64,000 nucleotides of DNA, taken from assembly GCA_964012805.1 (NCBI GenBank), contig CAXGUD010000008.1, forward strand, positions 60,067 to 124,066, in the 5' to 3' direction. Shown here in pieces: positions 47,513 through 55,628 of this stretch. Below the pieces are notes generated by a model. That model was not told the DNA's origin. It searched no databases and saw nothing but the letters and a program-made list of their open reading frames with translations. Every line of letters starts with the position of its first letter. Positions within the stretch are counted from its first letter, which is position 1. The position numbers were made by a program, and so were the translations under genes. The stretch is from an uncultured Bacteriovoracaceae bacterium (GTDB lineage Bacteria; Bdellovibrionota; Bacteriovoracia; Bacteriovoracales; Bacteriovoracaceae).

Positions 47513-49837
47513 GTGGAAAATCAAAAAGGTTTTATTCTTACTGCAAATTGGGAAGATCATGACAACCAGCATATACTAAAGTTTTATGGTGTTGGAGAAA
47601 AGGGACCTTTTGAAATTCTTATCAACAATTTTCTTCCCCTTTTCTTTGTGGAAAGAGATGCAGCTCTTCCCAATGGAATGCCATCCTTTAAAAGAACACC
47701 ACTAAAATTAAAAAACTTTAGTGGTCAGGATGCTGATGCTCTTTACTTTAAGACTCAAAAAGACCTTTTTAAAGCCAAAGACACGCTTTCTCAATCGGGT
47801 ACTAGGACTTATGAAGCAGATGTCAGGTCTACAGAACGCTACTTGATGGAAAGATTTATTTTTGGTCAGGTGGAGATAATAGGTAAAGGTGAAAATATTG
47901 ATGGCTTGTGGGTCTTTAAAAACCCTGAAGTAAAAAGTGCCAAGTATAAACCTAGATTTAAGGTTTTATCTTTGGATATCGAAACTGGAATGAAGGGCGA
48001 GCTATACTCAATTGCTGTCCATCAAAAATCAGCTTCAGAGGATATAAAACAAGTTTTTATGGTAGGTGAAAAAAATGAAAACAGGCCTGAACATAAATTA
48101 ATACTATTAGAGAATGAAGAGTTAGTTTTAAAGTCTTTTCTTTCTTTTTTTAATAAAATTGATCCAGACATAGTGATTGGTTGGCACGTTATTGGATTTG
48201 ACCTATCTTTTTTAGAGAATAAATGTAGGAAATATAAAATACCCTTTAATTTAGGGAGGGCCCATTCAAAGCTAATAATTCAAGAGAAGAAAGGAGCTGG
48301 ATATTTTGCTAAAATGGATGGGAGGATTGTTATAGACGGTCCACCAACGATGAGGGGAGCTGGGTTTCAGTTTGAAAACTTTAAGCTTGATACTGTTGCT
48401 CATGAATTACTTGGTCAAGGTAAGGATATTAGTTCTGAAAGCTCTGTTGATAAAGTTGGGGAGATAGAGAGGCGCTTTAGAGAGGATAAAAATGCACTCG
48501 CTTTATATAATTTGTTAGATTGTACTCTCGTTTTAGATATATTTGAAGAGACTCGCTTGATTGAACTGTTAGAAAATCAATCAACTTTATCTGGTTTAAT
48601 GCTTGATAGAATTGGGGTTTCGACCGCCGCATTTGATTTTTTTATGTTACCTAAAATTCATAGAAAAGGTTTTGTCGCTTCTAATATTTTAGATATGAAT
48701 AGAGAATCTCCTAATCAAGGAGGAACTGTTCTACAGCCACAGGCAGGCTTACATGAACATGTTTTAGTTTTTGATTTCAAAAGTCTTTATCCAACAATAA
48801 TGAGAACCTTTAAAATCGACCCTCTCTCAAGGTTGTTGGCAAATGAAGATCCGATTAAAACTCCTGCAGGAATTACTTTTTCTTCTTCTAATCATGTTTT
48901 GCCCAAGAGGTTAGAAGAATTGATGAGTAAGAGAGAAGAAGCAGAAGAAGAGGGGAATCAACCCTTATCAAAGGCAATAAAAATATTAATGAATAGTTTT
49001 TATGGAGTTATGGGGTCTACGAACTCAAGGTTCTATCATGCAGATTTACCTCAGGCGATTTCTGGTATTGGGAGGTGGGTCTTAGAAGAAGCCATAAGCT
49101 TTATAAAGAATCAGGGGTATGAAGTTATTTATGGCGATACTGATTCTGTATTTATTTCTTTAAAAGCCGGACTTTGGGGAAATATAAATCAACTCGGAAA
49201 TCAATTAGTTGAAAAGGTGAACGTCCATTTAAAGAAAAAAATAAAAAAAGATTTTAAAGTTGACTCTCTTTTAGACTTAAAGTTTGAGAAATACTATAGA
49301 AAGTTGTATCTACCGAAAGTCCGCAATGGTGGTGGAGAAGGCGCTAAAAAGCGTTATGCTGGACTTTTAATAAAAGATGGAAAGGAAGAAATAAACTTTG
49401 TTGGTATGGAATACGTAAGATCTGATTGGACAAAATTGGCAAGGAATTTTCAATTTGAGTTGTTCCAAAAGTTTTTTAAAGATGAAAATGTAGAACAATG
49501 GGTAAAATCATTTGTTGATGAAATTAAAAATCATCACCATGACTCGGATCTTGTCTATAAAAAAAGACTTACGAAAAGGCCGGAAGAATATACAAGTAAC
49601 ATTCCCCCTCATGTAAAGGCTGCACTTCAAATAGAAGAATCTAAAAGAAAAAGCCTTAAGTTAGTAGAATATGTAATTACATCGAGAGGCCCAGTTCCTT
49701 TGGAGAAAGATCATTCGGATTTAGATTATGAACATTATATTCAAAAGCAAGTTAAGCCTTTGGCGGAGGATATTTTATCCATTAATGGGGCAAGTTTTGA
49801 TGATTTAATGGGAGGCGATCAACTGGCTCTTTTTTAG
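47513..49837 (+). CDS. polB: DNA polymerase II (family B)
   Basis: SLDIET exonuclease, DFKSLYPTI, KILMNSFYG, YGDTDS, KKRYAG, RSDW. Confidence 0.93.
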   Translation: MENQKGFILTANWEDHDNQHILKFYGVGEKGPFEILINNFLPLFFVERDAALPNGMPSFKRTPLKLKNFSGQDADALYFKTQKDLFKAKDTLSQSGTRTYEADVRSTERYLMERFIFGQVEIIGKGENIDGLWVFKNPEVKSAKYKPRFKVLSLDIETGMKGELYSIAVHQKSASEDIKQVFMVGEKNENRPEHKLILLENEELVLKSFLSFFNKIDPDIVIGWHVIGFDLSFLENKCRKYKIPFNLGRAHSKLIIQEKKGAGYFAKMDGRIVIDGPPTMRGAGFQFENFKLDTVAHELLGQGKDISSESSVDKVGEIERRFREDKNALALYNLLDCTLVLDIFEETRLIELLENQSTLSGLMLDRIGVSTAAFDFFMLPKIHRKGFVASNILDMNRESPNQGGTVLQPQAGLHEHVLVFDFKSLYPTIMRTFKIDPLSRLLANEDPIKTPAGITFSSSNHVLPKRLEELMSKREEAEEEGNQPLSKAIKILMNSFYGVMGSTNSRFYHADLPQAISGIGRWVLEEAISFIKNQGYEVIYGDTDSVFISLKAGLWGNINQLGNQLVEKVNVHLKKKIKKDFKVDSLLDLKFEKYYRKLYLPKVRNGGGEGAKKRYAGLLIKDGKEEINFVGMEYVRSDWTKLARNFQFELFQKFFKDENVEQWVKSFVDEIKNHHHDSDLVYKKRLTKRPEEYTSNIPPHVKAALQIEESKRKSLKLVEYVITSRGPVPLEKDHSDLDYEHYIQKQVKPLAEDILSINGASFDDLMGGDQLALF

Positions 49838-49843
49838 CTATTA

Positions 49844-51778
49844 TCAGGATGCTAGAAGCTTATTTACAGCTTTAACAAGATTACTTTTATTAATTGGTTT
49901 GGAAATATGATCATCACATCCTGCATCTTTGGTCTTTTGGATATCTTCATTAAATGCATAAGCCGTCATTGCTAAAATCGGGATTCTATTCTTGCTTGGG
50001 TTCTCCGCTTCATATTTTCTGATTTCTTTAGTGCAACTTAATCCATCCATTTCGGGCATCTGAACATCCATTAGAACTAGGTCGTAGTTTTTTTTCTTAT
50101 ATTGTTTAAATCCATCTACACCGTTTACGGCAGTGTCTATGGTGATATTTGTTTGTTTGAGAAATATTTTTATTAGAAGTCTGGAGTCTTCGCTATCATC
50201 CACAAGTAAAATGCTTCCAGAAATGTCTTTTTTCTCTTCTGCAGGAATATTTTTACTTTTTTGTGGACTGGATTGTGAAACTAAAAGCTGAGTTGTATGC
50301 CTTTTTAGTTCAGATCTCTTTAATGGAGTATAGATAAACCTTCCATTAGGTGGCTTTTTAAAATTAAGCGAACTTTTTACCAAAAATACTGTTTTATCTA
50401 TATTTAACCTATCTTTTCCATATATACTTTCTAAATCAAATGAGTCATCACTTTTAAAGTTCCAATAGAAAAATATTAAATTAATGTTTTTTTCATTTTC
50501 TTTTAATTCTTTCTTTGCTTCTTCAAACTTATTTATTGAATATATATTTGCTGACATATCTTCAAAGATTGAAGTTGCTATTTCAGAGATTTCTTTAGAA
50601 AAATTAATTAGTAAGACATTTTTACCTTTTAAAATGTCTTTTTTGAAAACTTCTTTTTTAGATATTTGAGTTGGCAATTTAACGATAAATTTACTTCCTT
50701 TATTAATTTCGCTTTCTATATCAAGCTTTCCTTTCATTAGATGAACCAGATTTTTTGTAATGGCCAAACCAAGGCCGAATCCTTTTTTCTTATCCATGAG
50801 TGGATTGACTTGAAAAAAGCTTTTAAAAAGCGATTGTTTTTTTTCTTCAGGAATTCCACGCCCAGTATCTGATATGGTTATAACTAAAGTACTTGGACCT
50901 AAGTCTGGATCCTCAACTAGTTCTCCTGAAACTTTTACATGTCCTTCCTCAGTATATTTTATAGCATTAGTGATTAAATTAATTAAAATTTGCTTTAACC
51001 TTGTAGGGTCACCATGAAAAAATTCAGGGACATTACTTTTTATATCACAGTAAACTTCTATACCCTTTTTTCTTGCACTCATTAGCAGAAGATCAATAGC
51101 ATTATTGAAGATGTCATCGATATAAAATTCTTCTTTGTCTAGCTTTAATTCTCCTGATTCTATTTTGGATAGATCCAAAATATTATTAATTAAACTAAGA
51201 AGATCCTTTCCAGCTCTTTGAATAATGTTAATGTATTTCTCTTGATCAGTTGTTAATTCTCCATCTGACATGACTTGTGTCATTCCCAGGATTGAATTTA
51301 GAGGAGTTCTAATTTCATGGCTCATATTGGCCAAAAAGTTTGTCTTTGATTTTGAAATTTGTTCCAGATATTTCTTGTTTTTGAATACATCAATGAAAAT
51401 ATCTACCTTACTTTTTATTACAATTGGGTCCAATGGTTTTGTTATGAAATCTATTGCACCGGTTTTATAAGCTTTATAGGTATTTTTTTTTGTTTGAAGA
51501 GCGGTCACAAATATTATTGGAATGTCTTTTGTTTTTTCTTCTTTTTTTATCAATTTCGCCAATTCGTAGCCATCCATCAACGGCATATTGACATCAATGA
51601 TAATGACTGCATACTCTCTTTTTACTGAAGTTTTTAACGCCTCTTTACCACTTTGGGCCTTAAATATTTTTATATCATCATCTCTGATGATTTCTTCTAT
51701 TAGATCTAAGTTGATTTCCTCGTCATCAACGACAAGTACGTTTATTTTTTCCAAATAATGACCCTGAACTGGACTCAT
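49844..51778 (-). CDS. cytoplasmic hybrid histidine kinase (REC-HisKA-HATPase-degenerate REC-REC)
   Basis: VVDDE...DVNMP...KP, FLANMSHEIRTPL, NLITNAIKYT, DTGRG, GLGLAI, DVQMPEMDG. Confidence 0.92.
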   Translation of the reverse strand: MSPVQGHYLEKINVLVVDDEEINLDLIEEIIRDDDIKIFKAQSGKEALKTSVKREYAVIIIDVNMPLMDGYELAKLIKKEEKTKDIPIIFVTALQTKKNTYKAYKTGAIDFITKPLDPIVIKSKVDIFIDVFKNKKYLEQISKSKTNFLANMSHEIRTPLNSILGMTQVMSDGELTTDQEKYINIIQRAGKDLLSLINNILDLSKIESGELKLDKEEFYIDDIFNNAIDLLLMSARKKGIEVYCDIKSNVPEFFHGDPTRLKQILINLITNAIKYTEEGHVKVSGELVEDPDLGPSTLVITISDTGRGIPEEKKQSLFKSFFQVNPLMDKKKGFGLGLAITKNLVHLMKGKLDIESEINKGSKFIVKLPTQISKKEVFKKDILKGKNVLLINFSKEISEIATSIFEDMSANIYSINKFEEAKKELKENEKNINLIFFYWNFKSDDSFDLESIYGKDRLNIDKTVFLVKSSLNFKKPPNGRFIYTPLKRSELKRHTTQLLVSQSSPQKSKNIPAEEKKDISGSILLVDDSEDSRLLIKIFLKQTNITIDTAVNGVDGFKQYKKKNYDLVLMDVQMPEMDGLSCTKEIRKYEAENPSKNRIPILAMTAYAFNEDIQKTKDAGCDDHISKPINKSNLVKAVNKLLAS

Positions 51779-51924
51779 CTGTCAGTTAGTAATCGACTTT
51801 TTGAAGCATTTTCTTTAGAAAATATAAAAAATAAGGTGTATTTAAGTCTACTATTAAAAAATGTTAATCATTGAATAAAAATAGATGATTTTATAAACTA
51901 GCTTAAAACTTAAGTAAATTAAAT

Positions 51925-52305
51925 ATGGGAACTAATTTGGAAAGCAATAAAAACTATTTGAGACGATATTTATTTATATTTTTAGCAATAATAAGTTTGT
52001 ATTTCTTGCATAGAATTTATGAAGTCGATATTTACAAGTGGCTTTGTAATAATGAAGAAAATAAGGCGGCGTGTATGGTCGCTGGCATGAATTATAAGGA
52101 AAAAGGAGATCAAGAATTGGCAGATCATTATTTACAGAAGTCTTGTGAACTTGGTTATACTTTAGGTTGTGTAGAGAGTGGAAAAAGAGCAGAAAAAATA
52201 GGAAGAGAGAAGGTTTCGAGACTGTATTTCAATGAGGCTTGCCGTCTGGGAGATGAAAAATCTTGCAGTGGGAAAGAGGTTCCTCGTTTAGAGGAACCTC
52301 AATAA
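51925..52305 (+). CDS. Sel1/Hcp-like cysteine-rich repeat protein
   Basis: N-terminal TM; C..x..AC repeats (QKSCELGYTLGC, EACRLGDEKSC). Confidence 0.75.
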   Translation: MGTNLESNKNYLRRYLFIFLAIISLYFLHRIYEVDIYKWLCNNEENKAACMVAGMNYKEKGDQELADHYLQKSCELGYTLGCVESGKRAEKIGREKVSRLYFNEACRLGDEKSCSGKEVPRLEEPQ

Positions 52306-52318
52306 TTATTTTATTTAA

Positions 52319-53188
52319 TTAATCTTTTCTTGCGTAATTTACTTTTCTTTTTCCTAGCTTTTTAAACGCCTTGTTTAGTTTCTTTAAATTTCTTCTGCTA
52401 GCATTAACGTCAGTAAATAGAGGTTCTTGGTCTCCTGTAGTCATTCTAGTAATACTTTCCATTGTTACATTTTCTTGCATCTGTGCAAATACTTCAGGTG
52501 TAATAGGTTTTTTATCTATAATATCGTTTATGATATCATTAGATACAACGCTACTTAAATCGAGAAAAAATCCTAAACCACTTTGCATCTCTTCTTGAGA
52601 AGAAAAAAGACCGGCCATCCCTTGAACACCTTTTATGTCAAAGCCAAGAAAAATATTAGCACCAGGGATTGCGTCACCAACTACATCAAACTCTTTAATG
52701 ACCACTGCAAAACCTAAAAGAGTGTGATTTTTACCAAAAGCAAGATAAAGCTTAGAGTTAATTTTATCAATTTTAAGTTCAATAATTTCAGTTGATCCAA
52801 AACCGCTTATTGGGAGGTCTTCACCGTTTGGTAGCGTTCCATAACCTCCTTGAACTTCTGAAGAAGCGGTGAGGTTAAATTTGAAACCAATTTCATTATG
52901 CCCAGGCTCCAAGGTCGGTTTAAAACTGATTTCTCCATATTTAATCGAAGAGTCTCTAGGATCGACAATAGGAAGCTGAATCGAAGTCATTGATACAGCT
53001 CCAATTTTGAATACGGAAGAAAAAGATACGTATACATCTCCATCTTCTAATGAAGAGTTGACGTTAACGTCTTTCACAATTTGATTTTCAGGAGACTTAC
53101 CACAAGAAGCTAAAAAAAGAGTAGAGATGAGTAGGGTTAGCGTAAAAAGTTTTCTTAGATTTTCTTTTCCTTCAAAAAAAATTTTCAT
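52319..53188 (-). CDS. lipoprotein of unknown function
   Basis: AGGAG RBS; hydrophobic h-region and LASC lipobox (Cys29); beta-rich body; basic C-terminal tail. Confidence 0.8.
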   Translation of the reverse strand: MKIFFEGKENLRKLFTLTLLISTLFLASCGKSPENQIVKDVNVNSSLEDGDVYVSFSSVFKIGAVSMTSIQLPIVDPRDSSIKYGEISFKPTLEPGHNEIGFKFNLTASSEVQGGYGTLPNGEDLPISGFGSTEIIELKIDKINSKLYLAFGKNHTLLGFAVVIKEFDVVGDAIPGANIFLGFDIKGVQGMAGLFSSQEEMQSGLGFFLDLSSVVSNDIINDIIDKKPITPEVFAQMQENVTMESITRMTTGDQEPLFTDVNASRRNLKKLNKAFKKLGKRKVNYARKD

Positions 53189-53290
53189 GTTTTGCTCCTA
53201 AGAAACGTCGTTTCTTTAGGAATTAGGCTTGTATTTTTCAAAACGTTCTACAGTCGCTTACGGACAGCAACAACCCTAATTTATTTAACC

Positions 53291-54184
53291 TTATAAATTA
53301 ATAAGCACTGAGTTTTCTTCTATTTCATCCTCTATTTCGAGTCTTTTAAATTTATTTGTTATAACCTGATCGGCTCTGCTTCGATCAAAAAACTCTTCTC
53401 TTTCTTCAGAAAATAAGTCTAATGATTCAAAATAAAATTTTCCAAATCGTGTTTTAGATGCCCTATATATTGATAAACCATTGTCTTGCCTAATGAGTCT
53501 TCCTAATTGGTAACCAATATATTTTGGGGTTTTAATGACTAGACTTAGTTTATTTTCAATAGAAAAGTCTAATGAAGTATCAAGCTCTAAAATTCTTTCT
53601 AACTTATCGAGATCTAGTTTTATTGCAACACCTGATTTATCATAGAATTGGAACACAAGCTCTTCTACTTTAATTGCTTGTATTATAAAGCCAAACCTAT
53701 CCAAAAAATCTTTACAAGTTTCGCTCATTTCCTCGTGATAATAATAGGACAGTTGTACTGAATCAAAATATTCAATGTGAACTCCTTTCATTGTAAGGGC
53801 AACTGTCTGAACTTTATTAAAGGAAGCACCAGCACCGATACTCGCATTTCCCATGGAAAGCATGTTGAATAATTTCACATTACCTTTCCCACTTGTTGTT
53901 ATCATTTTTTCTTTTTGAGCAATTGTTGTTGAATCGACTCTTAAAAGTTTATTTTCCTGAACTTCTTTAGGAAAGCATGCCTCTGGTGGTGCAACAAGCT
54001 TTAGTCCTTTTGGGTTACCCCCAAGGAGTGTTCCTGGACCAGCATCTCTTAGAGGTGTTGTGTAGGTTATAAAACCTAATGACTTAATTTCCTTATATAG
54101 AAAGTTCAGAGGCTTACAGGAGACTAAGGAAAAAGCCAGAAGAGAAAGAAAGAAGTATCTTTTTGGCTTAATTTGAAATTTCAT
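53291..54184 (-). CDS. gasdermin-like lipoprotein (putative pore-forming protein)
   Basis: LVSC lipobox (Cys23); mature region matches the bacterial gasdermin pattern by eye (LYKEIKSLGF...P...AGPGTLL; FIIQAIKVEELVFQFYDKSG; PKYIGYQLGRL) and has a C-terminal tail. Confidence 0.7.
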   Translation of the reverse strand: MKFQIKPKRYFFLSLLAFSLVSCKPLNFLYKEIKSLGFITYTTPLRDAGPGTLLGGNPKGLKLVAPPEACFPKEVQENKLLRVDSTTIAQKEKMITTSGKGNVKLFNMLSMGNASIGAGASFNKVQTVALTMKGVHIEYFDSVQLSYYYHEEMSETCKDFLDRFGFIIQAIKVEELVFQFYDKSGVAIKLDLDKLERILELDTSLDFSIENKLSLVIKTPKYIGYQLGRLIRQDNGLSIYRASKTRFGKFYFESLDLFSEEREEFFDRSRADQVITNKFKRLEIEDEIEENSVLINL

Positions 54185-54290
54185 TTTAGATACCCCAAAG
54201 AGACATCATCTCTTTGGTATGGCCCTGATCCTTCAGACGTGCAGCTTCTAGAAACGTACATCAAGAGCCTTGTTGCAATGAGTAATAAGA

Positions 54291-54317
54291 TTATCGTCCA
54301 CTTTAAAAAAAATTCAA
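54291..54317 (-). promoter_or_regulatory. possible sigma28-like promoter for the gasdermin-like gene
   Basis: Minus strand TTGA-N15-GACGATAA about 107 nt upstream of the ATG; good -10, weak -35. Confidence 0.35.
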
Positions 54318-54447
54318 CCCTTTTCATCAACTTTATTTTTTTTAACTAAATAATTAGCGCCTAAAACTCGATAAAAAGGGTGGACAGAGGAATGAAGTAG
54401 AGCGAAAATTCGGCATTTCAACTTAATGCGCTAATGTAGGCCTTTAA

Positions 54448-55608
54448 ATGATTTATTTTGATAATGCAGCTTCACAAAAAATTAGAAAAGAAGCACTTAT
54501 AACTCTTAATGAGGGTTTAAAAAACTGTTTTGCTAACCCTTCAGCAAAGCATAAATTTGGACAATCACTCTTAAAAAAAATTGAGGACCATCGAAATTAC
54601 TTCACCAAGGTTGTTAAAGTTAAAGGTCTGTACAATTTTGTTTTTACTTCATCTGCGACAGAGTCTAACAATATGGCGCTTTTAAGCTTTGACTTTAAAG
54701 CTGGTGATGTCGCTTATATTTCAAGTTCTGAGCATCCGAGTCTCATTGCTCCTTTAAAAGTATGTGAGGAGCGAGGGCTTGTAATTAAAGAATTGCCTTT
54801 AGATGAAAATGGCATTTTAGATCAAGAGTCTTTTTTTAATAATTTAGACCCCAAAACAATTTTAGTTGCAATAAGCCACGTAAATAATCAATCAGGTGTT
54901 ATTCAACCTGTTGAAGAGTTTTCTCAAAGGCTAAAACAAATAAAGTCAAAAGCTAAGGTTCATATTGATGCTACCCAAAGTTTTTCTAAACTAAGTATAA
55001 GCTTAATGAACCAGTGTATAGATTATATGACTGTTTCGAGTCACAAGTTGGGAGGCCCCAAGGGCATTGCTGGAATTTATGTTAAAAAAGATGTTGCAAT
55101 AAAACCTCTATTATATGGAGGTGGCCAAGAAAAGAACTTAAGATCTTCGACACAATCTTTTCCTTTAATTTCTAGCTTTACTCGAGCTGTTCAAGAAGGA
55201 ATAGATTCTTTAGAATTTGAGTACAAAAAAGTCCAAGATATAAATAATAAAATTAGACAAAGCTTAGAGAAAAGCATTACTGGAGTTCTTTTTCCATTTT
55301 CAAACACTGATAAATGCAACGTTAGTCCTTATATATTGACCTTTGTTGTTCCAAATATCTCTAGTGATATTATACTTCGTCATATGGAACAGGAAGAAAT
55401 TTATCTATCAAGTACTTCCGCCTGCTCTTCAAAAATTAAAGGTGAAAACACCGTATTTAATAGTCTAAGTATTGATAAACAGTTCCATAAAAATGTTTTA
55501 AGAATTTCTTTTTCAAATGAAACAACTTTGGAAGAGGGAAAAACTTTTTGCGAAAAGCTTAAAACCTGTATTGATGACATGAGCTTTCTTTTAACTAAAA
55601 GAAGGTAG
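54448..55608 (+). CDS. iscS: cysteine desulfurase (IscS/NifZ-like)
   Basis: IYFDNAAS, ANPS, SATESNN, EHPS, SSHKLGGPKG, SSTSACSS. Confidence 0.9.
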   Translation: MIYFDNAASQKIRKEALITLNEGLKNCFANPSAKHKFGQSLLKKIEDHRNYFTKVVKVKGLYNFVFTSSATESNNMALLSFDFKAGDVAYISSSEHPSLIAPLKVCEERGLVIKELPLDENGILDQESFFNNLDPKTILVAISHVNNQSGVIQPVEEFSQRLKQIKSKAKVHIDATQSFSKLSISLMNQCIDYMTVSSHKLGGPKGIAGIYVKKDVAIKPLLYGGGQEKNLRSSTQSFPLISSFTRAVQEGIDSLEFEYKKVQDINNKIRQSLEKSITGVLFPFSNTDKCNVSPYILTFVVPNISSDIILRHMEQEEIYLSSTSACSSKIKGENTVFNSLSIDKQFHKNVLRISFSNETTLEEGKTFCEKLKTCIDDMSFLLTKRR

Positions 55609-55628
55609 CTTATTAAGGAACAATAAAT

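Noticed and set aside
47339..47572. 77-aa minus-strand ORF upstream of pip
   Set aside because: Overlaps the polB start and an AT-rich divergent promoter region; Phe-rich composition typical of spurious ORFs.
47513..49837. Family B polymerase as a sign of a prophage, casposon or pipolin
   Set aside because: Resembles cellular Pol II; no integrase, Cas1, terminal repeats or phage genes nearby.
51925..54184. Canonical anti-phage gasdermin-protease operon
   Set aside because: No caspase-like, trypsin, subtilase, CHAT or NACHT gene is adjacent, and the gasdermin-like ORF has an export signal.
53189..54290. Known riboswitch (c-di-GMP-I, purine) or tRNA in the structured leaders
   Set aside because: No GEMM GGCAAA/GAAA pattern, purine-riboswitch core or tRNA T-loop recognised; reported instead as unknown structures.
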